From an uncultured bacterium (lineage in GTDB: Bacteria > Margulisbacteria > WOR-1 > CAVSGV01), in NCBI GenBank assembly GCA_963699255.1, contig OY969425.1:360001-392000 (forward strand): a stretch of DNA of 32,000 nucleotides. Direction: 5' to 3'. Below, piece after piece: positions 16,476 through 24,307 of the stretch; position 1 is the stretch's first letter, and every line of letters begins with the position of its first letter. The notes under the pieces are model-generated. The model did no database searches, was not told the DNA's origin, and saw nothing but the letters and a program-made list of their open reading frames with translations. Position numbers and translations under genes: made by a program.

Positions 16476-18404
16476 GTGTCAGAATTACTTTCCAGGTTAA
16501 ATCTTCCTTATGATTTAAAAAAACTTTCCTGTTCTGAGCTTGAGGACCTCGCGACCGAGATCAGGACTTTGATAATTGATACAACATCTCATGTTGGAGG
16601 GCATCTTTCTTCTTCCCTTGGAACGGTTGAGCTGGCTGTTGCGCTCCATGCGGTCTATGATTCGCCTAAAGACAAGATCCTTTGGGATGTCGGCCACCAG
16701 GCCTATGCGCACAAGATATTGACGAGCAGGAGCTCCAGCTTCCGGACACTTCGCCAATACGGGGGCATCTCTGGTTTCCCGAACAAAGATGAATCCCAGC
16801 ATGACCAATTCACCGTCGGACACGCGAGCAATTCAATATCTTTAGCGCTTGGACTGGCGAAGGCAAGGGATATTTTAAAGGAAAACTTCCACATAGTGTG
16901 CGTGATAGGCGACGGAGCGCTTTCCGGCGGACTCGCGCTCGAGGGGATGAACAATCTTATCGGATTAAAAGATAATCTTGTGATCGTTCTGAACGATAAC
17001 CAGCTTTCCATATCAAAAAATGTCGGAGGGCTCGCCAATTATTTTACAAAGCTCAGGACGAGCGGCGCTTATGTCAAATTCAGGGACCGCGTTGAGAAGA
17101 TGGTCAAGAGGATCCCAAGGATCGGGGTTGCGCTGGTACAGAAGGCAGAGAACATGAAGAACAGGCTGAAGCACTTTGTTGTTGACTTCAATGTCGGCGT
17201 GATCATAGAGGAACTGGGAATAAGATACCTCGGTCCGATAGACGGTCATAATATTCCCCTGATAATGGGGACCTTGCAATATGCGAAAGAAGTGAAGGGG
17301 CCGATAGTTGTTCACATTCATACAACAAAAGGAAAGGGATATAAACCGTCGGAAGCTGACCCGACCAGGTTCCATGGGATCGCGCCTTTTAAGATCGATA
17401 CAGGAGAGCTGATATCAAAGAGCGATGCCCCGACCTATACGTCCATTTTCGGAAAAACGATCGTTAAGCTGGCGCAGGCGGATGATAAGATCGTGGCAAT
17501 AACCGCTGCCATGCTTGACGGAACGGGTCTTGAAGAATTCGCGAGGCTCTATCCGGAGAAATTTTTTGATGTCGGCATTGCGGAAGAGCACGCCGTTACT
17601 TTTTCCGCCGGACTTGCGAAAGCGGGTTTAAAGCCGGTCGTGGCGATATATTCAACTTTTCTTCAGCGCGCTTATGATGAGATAGTTCATGACGTGTGCC
17701 TCCAGAACCTGCCGGTTGTTTTTGCCATAGACCGGGCGGGCATCGTCGGCGAAGATGGAGCGACGCATAACGGGATATTTGACATCGCTTTCTTGCGTCA
17801 TATCCCGAATATCGTATTTATGGCTCCGAAAGACGGCAATGAGCTTCAGAACATGCTTTATACGGCTCTGCGCCATGCCGGACCTGTTGCTATACGATAC
17901 CCCAGAGGAACGGCTATTGGTGTTTCCATGGATGACATGCTTAAAGAGCTGCCGATCGGCAAATCGGAAATTGTATACACATCTCATCTCCCACTTGCTC
18001 CGCGCGGACTTGTCCCGACCGCAGTGTCGGGAGTCGCGGGGGCTCCCATCTCTCATCTCGTAATTTTTGCTTTAGGTTCGATGGTTTATCCGGCGATTGA
18101 AGCCGCTAAGCTGGGTGAAGCAAAAGGAGTAAGCTCGACGGTCGTTAATGCGAGATTTGTGAAGCCGCTGGATGCTGAGCTCATAATACGGTTGGCAAAA
18201 GGATCGGACAAGGTCATCACTGTCGAAGAAGGGGTTTTGGATGGCGGTTTCGGCAGTGCGGTGGCGGAGTTGCTGGCCGATAAGGACATTGAGAAGCCAT
18301 TAAAGCGGATAGGGCTGCCATCAAAGTTCATTGAACACGGAACGAGGGCACAGATACTCGATCTATACGGCCTTACGGCAGAAAAAATAGCTTCCGTTTT
18401 TTGA
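16476..18404 (+). CDS. dxs: 1-deoxy-D-xylulose-5-phosphate synthase (carries a 23-aa in-frame insertion)
   Basis: It uses a GTG start. Dxs/TPP blocks are present (GGHLSSSLG, DVGHQAY.HK, IGDGALSGG, GIAEEHAVTFSAG, DRAG.VG.DG.TH.G). The insertion LPLAPRGLVPTAVSGVAGAPISH interrupts the conserved IGK….LVIFALGSM region. Confidence 0.95.
   Translation: MSELLSRLNLPYDLKKLSCSELEDLATEIRTLIIDTTSHVGGHLSSSLGTVELAVALHAVYDSPKDKILWDVGHQAYAHKILTSRSSSFRTLRQYGGISGFPNKDESQHDQFTVGHASNSISLALGLAKARDILKENFHIVCVIGDGALSGGLALEGMNNLIGLKDNLVIVLNDNQLSISKNVGGLANYFTKLRTSGAYVKFRDRVEKMVKRIPRIGVALVQKAENMKNRLKHFVVDFNVGVIIEELGIRYLGPIDGHNIPLIMGTLQYAKEVKGPIVVHIHTTKGKGYKPSEADPTRFHGIAPFKIDTGELISKSDAPTYTSIFGKTIVKLAQADDKIVAITAAMLDGTGLEEFARLYPEKFFDVGIAEEHAVTFSAGLAKAGLKPVVAIYSTFLQRAYDEIVHDVCLQNLPVVFAIDRAGIVGEDGATHNGIFDIAFLRHIPNIVFMAPKDGNELQNMLYTALRHAGPVAIRYPRGTAIGVSMDDMLKELPIGKSEIVYTSHLPLAPRGLVPTAVSGVAGAPISHLVIFALGSMVYPAIEAAKLGEAKGVSSTVVNARFVKPLDAELIIRLAKGSDKVITVEEGVLDGGFGSAVAELLADKDIEKPLKRIGLPSKFIEHGTRAQILDLYGLTAEKIASVF
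17982..18059. repeat. 60-bp GC-rich palindrome-rich segment flanked by perfect 9-bp direct repeats TCTCATCTC (17982-17990 and 18051-18059) inside dxs
   Basis: The direct repeats were read from the sequence and lie 69 nt (23 codons) apart. The interior contains the palindrome TCCGCGCGGA (17999-18008). It also contains the hairpin TCCCGAC-n6-GTCGGGA (18013-18032) and the pair GGGAG/CTCCC (18029-33 / 18043-47). Confidence 0.6.
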
Positions 18405-19974
18405 AGACCTGGTGTCTTCTCCAGTGAATGTCGTCTTGCAGGGGATAATCCGACCTGAAATGCGCTCCTCTTGATTCCTTTCTGTTAAGGGCGGCCTGTG
18501 CGATCAGTATCGAGGTTGTGGCCATGTTCTTCAGTTCCAGCTCATCCTTATTGTCGGGAATATAGTTTGTTTTATGGTAGATCTTTTTTAGTTCGGATAA
18601 GGCAAATTTCAGGTCTTTTTCCGTGCGGACGATCCCGACCTTTTCCCACATTATCGTTTTGAGCTCCTGTTTTTTGTGTTTGATCTCTTCAGGCGTTAAC
18701 TTGGGCGGGACATGTTCCGTTAATTCAGGATTGAAACTGTTAATGGCTTTGTCGATTTCAGGGGACTTGTTGTAGCTCTCGGCGTTTATAGCGGCTCTGT
18801 ACCCGAAAACAAGACCGTCCAGCAGGGAATTGCTGGCCAGACGATTTGCCCCGTGTACACCCGCTGAAGAAACTTCCCCTGCCGCGTACAGGCCGGGGAT
18901 GCTGGCCTTTCCGTCCGTGTCGATCTTTACGCCGCCCATGAAATAATGAGCGGCGGGGGTAACAGGGACCTTGTCTTTTGTGATATCAATATTATATTTT
19001 AGGCATTCCTGATATATTTTGGGGAACCGTTTGCTGATCCTTTCCGCGCCGATCGGAGCCAGGTTCAGATAAACATGATCCGAGTTCGTCCTGTTCATTT
19101 CCTCAAGTATCGATCTTGACACGATATCCCGCGGAGCCAGGTCCTTGAGAAGGTGATATTTTGGCATGAACCTTTCCCCGTTGACGTTCTCAAGTACCGC
19201 GCCTTCGCCCCTTACGGCCTCGGAAATAAGGAATCTTGTCTCAACGATATTTCTGATAAAAAGGGTGGTGGGGTGGAATTGTTCGAATTCCATGTCCGAG
19301 ACCTCCGCGCCAGCCCTGTAAGCCATTGCTATTCCGTCGCCGGTCGCGAAGGACGGGTTCGTATTGTGCAGATATACTTGTCCGAGACCTCCTGTCGCCA
19401 GCATCGTTGAGCGCGCCAGAAATATCAGCTTCCTGTTGTTCTGGATATCTATAGCTTCAGCCCCAATACATCTGCCGTTCTTGATCAGCAGGTCTTTTCC
19501 GTATATGAAATTGCGGACATCCACGAGTTTTTCCTTCAGGAGGGTCGCCGCGAGGCCTCTCTCTATCTCGGATCCTGTGGCGTCGCCTGCGTGAAGTATC
19601 CTCCTGTGGCTGTGGGCCCCCTCGAGCGCCAGTTCATAAACGTCGCCGATCTTGTCGAATTTCACCCCCATATTGATCAGTTCATGAACTCTTTTGACAC
19701 CGTCGTTGACAAGCACTTTGACCGCGTTTTCATCGCTGAGTCCCGCTCCTACATCAAGCGTGTCCTGCATATGGAAAAGAGGGGAGTCCTTTTGTTCATC
19801 GACAGCTGCTGCTATGCCTCCCTGTGCGTACTCGGTCGCGGTCTCTCCTGTTTTCCCTTTTGTGAGGAGGATCACTGTCCCGTGGTGGCTTGCTTCGATC
19901 GCGGCTGAAAGGCCGGCTATTCCTCCGCCGATTATCAGGAAATCACATTTAAAAACTCGATCATCCGTGTTCAT
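18373..19974 (-). CDS. nadB: L-aspartate oxidase
   Basis: It has the FAD-binding motif IIGGGIAGLSAA, plus the AQGGIAA, RGEGA and GANRLASNSLL blocks, at 533 aa. Its 3' end overlaps the dxs 3' end by 32 nt. Confidence 0.95.
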   Translation of the reverse strand: MNTDDRVFKCDFLIIGGGIAGLSAAIEASHHGTVILLTKGKTGETATEYAQGGIAAAVDEQKDSPLFHMQDTLDVGAGLSDENAVKVLVNDGVKRVHELINMGVKFDKIGDVYELALEGAHSHRRILHAGDATGSEIERGLAATLLKEKLVDVRNFIYGKDLLIKNGRCIGAEAIDIQNNRKLIFLARSTMLATGGLGQVYLHNTNPSFATGDGIAMAYRAGAEVSDMEFEQFHPTTLFIRNIVETRFLISEAVRGEGAVLENVNGERFMPKYHLLKDLAPRDIVSRSILEEMNRTNSDHVYLNLAPIGAERISKRFPKIYQECLKYNIDITKDKVPVTPAAHYFMGGVKIDTDGKASIPGLYAAGEVSSAGVHGANRLASNSLLDGLVFGYRAAINAESYNKSPEIDKAINSFNPELTEHVPPKLTPEEIKHKKQELKTIMWEKVGIVRTEKDLKFALSELKKIYHKTNYIPDNKDELELKNMATTSILIAQAALNRKESRGAHFRSDYPLQDDIHWRRHQVFKKRKLFFLP

Positions 19975-20363
19975 AAAAGCTTTCTAATGGTGTCGGGGAT
20001 CGAAGTGACTTTTCCCTCTTTTGTGACGGAAACGAGCTTTGAATTGCCGGTGGCGAGCAGTTCTTTGGTCTTTTCATCAGTAATCTCATATTCAAATATC
20101 ACGCTGGCTTTATTGACCTCTTTAATGATCGTTTTAACAATTATTGGTTCCTCATATTTTGCCGGCTTAATGTATTTGACGTAAGTATCCGCTACAACAA
20201 GGTAAAGCCCCTGTTTTTCCATCTCTGAGTAAGGGAAGCCTGCGGATTTGAGGTGCTCTGCGCGTCCTAGCTCGAACCATTCAAGGTACCTGGAATAATA
20301 GACCCTTCCCATCTGGTCGGTTTCGGAGTACCGGACGATCAACTTGGTTTCGTGGGTTTTCAT
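19971..20363 (-). CDS. YbgC/4HBT-family acyl-CoA thioesterase (hot-dog fold)
   Basis: It has the N-terminal block VRYSETDQMGRVYYSRYLEWFE, typical of YbgC-like thioesterases, at 130 aa. There is a 4-nt overlap with the nadB start. Confidence 0.85.
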   Translation of the reverse strand: MKTHETKLIVRYSETDQMGRVYYSRYLEWFELGRAEHLKSAGFPYSEMEKQGLYLVVADTYVKYIKPAKYEEPIIVKTIIKEVNKASVIFEYEITDEKTKELLATGNSKLVSVTKEGKVTSIPDTIRKLL

Positions 20364-20443
20364 GAGCGTATTATAGCAGAGACAAGGAACTCTGGTAAGT
20401 GAGCGTGGGATGATTTCAACTTCAGAGGTTGCGGGTACGCCTT

Positions 20444-22594
20444 TTAGTCAGGAATTTGGATCGGCAGGGTAAAAGTAAAAGTGCTGCCTTTGCCAAATTC
20501 GCTATTAACCCCCACCTCGCCGCCGTGGGCTTCCACAAATAACTTGACATTCCACAGCCCGATACCTTTGTTTTCTCCGATTCCCGGTGCTTGTTGTGTC
20601 TGGGTCTCATCTTCAGCGCCGCGATGATTGAATCTGTAGATGTTTTGCAGATTATCGTGGGGGATGCCTTTTCCGTTATCAGCTACGGATACTTTGTAAT
20701 AATCTTTGCCGTCCTCGTTTATTATTTCGCCGGATATCCTTATATATCCCTTTTCTTTTCTGCCTTCCCTTTTATTGTATTTGATGGCATTGCCGAACAA
20801 ATTTTCCAGAACGCGTCTCATCGATTCCCGGTCGGCGTGGATCCTGATGTCCTTAAGGTCCTTATCCATATCCGGATCCACGATTATTTCAATATTTGCT
20901 TTTTCAGCCGGCCCGCTTAACAGTTCTTTTGTGTCAATGATGGCGTTTTTCAATGAAAAAGGCTGGCGGTTGATTTTTATTTGAAGGGTTTTGGAATAAT
21001 CAACGGCGTCTTTTAAAAGAGCGAGTTGCGCAATTGCGCGATGAAAGCTTTTTTCAATAATATTCGCATAATAAATCATATTGGCATAATATTTGCTATT
21101 TTTCAAATGAGGCGTTTTATTAAGCATTTCATCAAGGGCCTCTAGCATGAGCGGTACGAAGCCTGCCGCATTAAGGGGACTTCGAATGTCGTGGCCTATT
21201 CCTGCAATAAATCTTGCAAGGTTGTGTTCCTGTTCAGTGTAGACCTTGGGCTCTTCCGGCTTGGCATCCGGGTCTCCGTGCAATAAAGCCCATAAGTGTC
21301 CCGGCGCAAGGGTGATCGACATCGCTGTGCTGAGATCAATGTTCTTGTGTGATTCTTTTTCAGGGGAGACATCGATCAATTTGGATATTTCATTATCGTA
21401 AAGGCCCTGGTCAAAAAAGATGCCCATAAGGTCAGTAAGGTCAAATTTTTGTTCATTCTCAACATCCGTGTTGGCGATGATATATGCTCTTTGATCCTGG
21501 CTGCATCCTTTTTCAAAAAATAATATCTTATTGTTGGTATGGGGGAGCGGATGAATGATGTGTCCTTCTTCCGCGAAACACAGGTAAAGTTTTTTGAGTT
21601 CCATTAATTTTGTGATGAAATCGGTATTGTTAATATCACTACCGGAGGGCAGCAGGAAATGTTTTGATAGCATTGCCGCCAGAGCGGTGCGCAATTTCCA
21701 GGCCTCATTATTGTCTTTATATTCTTTGAAAGTGGGGTCGTTGGTCACTTTGTAGGTTTTATGGGTTTCCGCAAAACTTACGGAATCCATTTCCCTCATG
21801 TTTAAGGGCGAAACAGTGTAATGGGCCGTATCATCACGTAAATTCCAATATTTGGTATTGTTGAAATATGCGTCAAATCCGGCTTCATTTAAATCATTGA
21901 TGTCTTTGTCCCGGAACTTAACATTCATGATATCCCCGTTCCTGTTCCGAGTATTCGCCAAAAAGATAGTAGAAGGATATGGTTTTCTGATGTGACTTAT
22001 GGCTTTCTGCCAGAAGGAAAGCGGAGGCGAATTTGGATCATCAACGAGGATGGGGTTGTCGAAGGAAAACCCCTTTGCCCCGAGATGTGTATAATGCATC
22101 ATGATTTTTATCATAAAATTCCATACTTTTTCATTATTATAGTTCCAGAGGATAACATCTGTTCTTACTTTTCTTTCTTTTATTGGCCGTACCGGATGGA
22201 TCAAGTTCCTCTCCTTATCCCGCAAAAACCAATCATAGTATTTATTTTCTTTAGTGAAGGGATGGTGCGTGGAGGCATATCTCCAAGGCAGCTCCATTAT
22301 GGGCGTTAAACCTTTGATAGAGGCTTGATTTGTTACCTCTTTAAGCTGTAATTCATCAGAAAGAACTGTGACGTTGTTTTCCGGGGTTTCAAGGACAGAG
22401 GAAGATATGGCGAAATGATCGATGATCGCCTCGGGATTGAAAGGCTTTTGTTTAAGACACGGCGATAGCAGGACAGTATTAAAACCCTTTGTTTTCACAT
22501 CTTCAAAGATCATGGAGCATCGTCCTAAACCCAGCTTTGGCCCTAAATGTAAATTATAGATGCGCAGCGAATGTATGCTGTCCGTACGCTCCAT
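20444..22594 (-). CDS. Soluble histidine kinase with an N-terminal GlgE-like (GH13) alpha-glucan enzyme-like domain
   Basis: The C-terminal part has an H-box (GIGHDIRSPLNA), N-box (ENLFGNAIKYN), G1 (DNGKGIP) and G2 (GIGLWNVKLFVEAHGG). The N-terminal ~440 aa carries GH13/GlgE-like blocks (STHHPF, GFSFDNPILV…FWQ, IFLANT) and a domain-C-like stretch. No TM helices are present. An AAGGGG SD lies upstream of the ATG. Confidence 0.8.
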   Translation of the reverse strand: MERTDSIHSLRIYNLHLGPKLGLGRCSMIFEDVKTKGFNTVLLSPCLKQKPFNPEAIIDHFAISSSVLETPENNVTVLSDELQLKEVTNQASIKGLTPIMELPWRYASTHHPFTKENKYYDWFLRDKERNLIHPVRPIKERKVRTDVILWNYNNEKVWNFMIKIMMHYTHLGAKGFSFDNPILVDDPNSPPLSFWQKAISHIRKPYPSTIFLANTRNRNGDIMNVKFRDKDINDLNEAGFDAYFNNTKYWNLRDDTAHYTVSPLNMREMDSVSFAETHKTYKVTNDPTFKEYKDNNEAWKLRTALAAMLSKHFLLPSGSDINNTDFITKLMELKKLYLCFAEEGHIIHPLPHTNNKILFFEKGCSQDQRAYIIANTDVENEQKFDLTDLMGIFFDQGLYDNEISKLIDVSPEKESHKNIDLSTAMSITLAPGHLWALLHGDPDAKPEEPKVYTEQEHNLARFIAGIGHDIRSPLNAAGFVPLMLEALDEMLNKTPHLKNSKYYANMIYYANIIEKSFHRAIAQLALLKDAVDYSKTLQIKINRQPFSLKNAIIDTKELLSGPAEKANIEIIVDPDMDKDLKDIRIHADRESMRRVLENLFGNAIKYNKREGRKEKGYIRISGEIINEDGKDYYKVSVADNGKGIPHDNLQNIYRFNHRGAEDETQTQQAPGIGENKGIGLWNVKLFVEAHGGEVGVNSEFGKGSTFTFTLPIQIPD

Positions 22595-22660
22595 GATATT
22601 TTTCCCCTTAAAACGATCGCGAATAGCAGATGAACTGCTTTTTCATTTGGGATTCGTTTT

Positions 22661-22690
22661 GTTATACGCTTCTTTATCGGCCAATATCAA
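22661..22690 (-). promoter_or_regulatory. Candidate promoter for the histidine kinase gene (minus strand TTGATA-18 nt-TATAAC)
   Basis: The hexamers were read on the minus strand: TATCAA at 22685-22690 and GTTATA at 22661-22666 on the + strand. Confidence 0.3.
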
Positions 22691-22696
22691 GGAAAA

Positions 22697-22713
22697 TTTC
22701 AAATTTTTTGAAA
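22697..22713. promoter_or_regulatory. Inverted repeat TTTCAAA-TTT-TTTGAAA between the two divergent promoters
   Basis: Perfect 7-bp arms were read from the sequence. Direct GAAAATT copies flank it at 22692 and 22710. The region is AT-rich, so a chance occurrence is plausible. Confidence 0.3.
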
Positions 22714-22736
22714 ATTCTTTTTGATCTTAGCGATAC

Positions 22737-22765
22737 TTCAAGGTTTAACGCAAAGATGATATAAT
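22737..22765 (+). promoter_or_regulatory. Candidate extended -10 promoter (TTCAAG-17 nt-TGaTATAAT) abutting the ABC ATPase start
   Basis: TATAAT lies at 22760-22765 with TG at 22757-58. The ATG at 22772 follows after only 6 nt and there is no SD. Confidence 0.4.
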
Positions 22766-22771
22766 ACATAA

Positions 22772-23542
22772 ATGGAAGCAATAAAGGTTGATCACTTGAC
22801 CCGCAGATATAACGGCCTGGTTGCCGTTGATTCCATCTCTTTTTCGGTGGAGCAGGGCGAGGTCTTCGGTTTTCTGGGGCCCAACGGCGCAGGGAAAACC
22901 ACGACCATAAACATGCTCTGCACTCTGCTGAAACCGACCTCTGGCATCGCGCAGGTCGGATGCTGTGATGTCTCGAAAGAGCCGAACAAAGTGAGGAGAG
23001 AGATAGGCATCATCTTTCAGGACCCCTCCCTTGACGATCGATTGACCGCCGATGACAATCTGAGGTTCCACGGTTATCTTTATCACATGAAAAGAGAGAT
23101 GATAGAGGAACGCATCCCGGAGGTCCTCGAATTGGTCGAGCTCGGCGACAGGCGCGGGGAGATCGTGAAGAAATTCTCGGGCGGAATGAAGAGGCGGCTA
23201 GAGATCGCGCGCGGTCTCATGCACAGGCCGAAGATACTGTTCCTGGATGAGCCCACTATCGGGCTTGACCCGCAGACAAGGGCGCACATATGGGAATACA
23301 TCCTGAAGATGCGCAGGGAAACCGGGCTGACGATATTCATGACAACTCATTACATGCAGGAAGCGGAGGTTTGCGACCGCATCGCCATAATAGATCATGG
23401 CAACATAGTCGCACTGGATTCACCGGCAAAGCTTAAGGAAACATACAATGAAAAAACGCTTGAGGACGTATTCCTGAGGCTGACCGGAAGACAGATCAGG
23501 CCTCAGGAAAGCGGGTTCAGCGGACGGCGGTGGAGGAGATGA
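22772..23542 (+). CDS. ABC transporter ATP-binding protein (DrrA/ABC-2 type)
   Basis: It has Walker A (GPNGAGKTT), the signature FSGGMKRRLEIA, Walker B (ILFLDEPT) and an H-loop (TTHYMQEAE). Confidence 0.92.
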   Translation: MEAIKVDHLTRRYNGLVAVDSISFSVEQGEVFGFLGPNGAGKTTTINMLCTLLKPTSGIAQVGCCDVSKEPNKVRREIGIIFQDPSLDDRLTADDNLRFHGYLYHMKREMIEERIPEVLELVELGDRRGEIVKKFSGGMKRRLEIARGLMHRPKILFLDEPTIGLDPQTRAHIWEYILKMRRETGLTIFMTTHYMQEAEVCDRIAIIDHGNIVALDSPAKLKETYNEKTLEDVFLRLTGRQIRPQESGFSGRRWRR

Positions 23543-24297
23543 TAGTGCTGGAAGATATAGGCGCGATTTTCATACTGTGGCTGCGCGACCTCAAAAGATA
23601 CTGGTATGATAAGCCGCGAATTGTCGCGTCACTGGGACAGCCGCTGCTGTTCTTGTTCGTGCTTGGTTCTGCGCTTTCACCTTCCTTCCAGGGGCCGAAA
23701 GGCGTCACCTTCACGGAATTCATTTTTCCCGGTATATTATGCATGACCATACTTTTCACGTCTGTCTTTTCCGGTATGTCGATCGTATGGGATCGCGAGT
23801 TCGGCTTCCTTAAAGAGGTGATGGTGGCCCCGGTTTCGCGGTGGGCGATATCGATAGGGAAGGCGTTCGGGGGAGCGAGCGTCGCATTCATCCAGGGGGT
23901 GATCATGCTCACGCTTTCTCTTTTTGTGGGCGTCCGGCTTTCAATAACGGCGCTCATATTAAGTCTTGTTATTATGTATATGATAGCATTCGCGATGTCA
24001 TCTTTCGGGATAATGATAGCCGCAAGGATAAAGGAAATGGAAGGATTCCAGGTGATCGTCAACTTTCTGATCATGCCGATATTTTTTCTTTCGGGAGCGC
24101 TGTTCCCGCTTGACCGTTTGCCGGCGTGGCTGACGTTTTTAACGCGAATCGACCCGTTGACCTATGGCGTAGATCTCCTGAGAGGGACAATGATAAATGT
24201 TCATGCTTTTCCTTTGACAGTTGATGTCCTTACAATAGGCTTGTTCGCGGTCGTGATGCTCGGTATAGCTGTAATAGAATTCAACAGGTTGGATTGA
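23530..24297 (+). CDS. ABC-2 type transporter permease
   Basis: It has about six hydrophobic segments at 255 aa. It overlaps the ATPase gene by 13 nt, which is the typical DrrB-like arrangement. Confidence 0.85.
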   Translation: MEEMIVLEDIGAIFILWLRDLKRYWYDKPRIVASLGQPLLFLFVLGSALSPSFQGPKGVTFTEFIFPGILCMTILFTSVFSGMSIVWDREFGFLKEVMVAPVSRWAISIGKAFGGASVAFIQGVIMLTLSLFVGVRLSITALILSLVIMYMIAFAMSSFGIMIAARIKEMEGFQVIVNFLIMPIFFLSGALFPLDRLPAWLTFLTRIDPLTYGVDLLRGTMINVHAFPLTVDVLTIGLFAVVMLGIAVIEFNRLD

Positions 24298-24307
24298 ACT
24301 AAGTAAC

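Noticed and set aside
23517-24074. A 185-aa minus-strand ORF lies opposite the ABC-2 permease gene.
   Set aside because: It is antisense to a permease gene that is translationally coupled to its ATPase. The ORF has no recognisable features.
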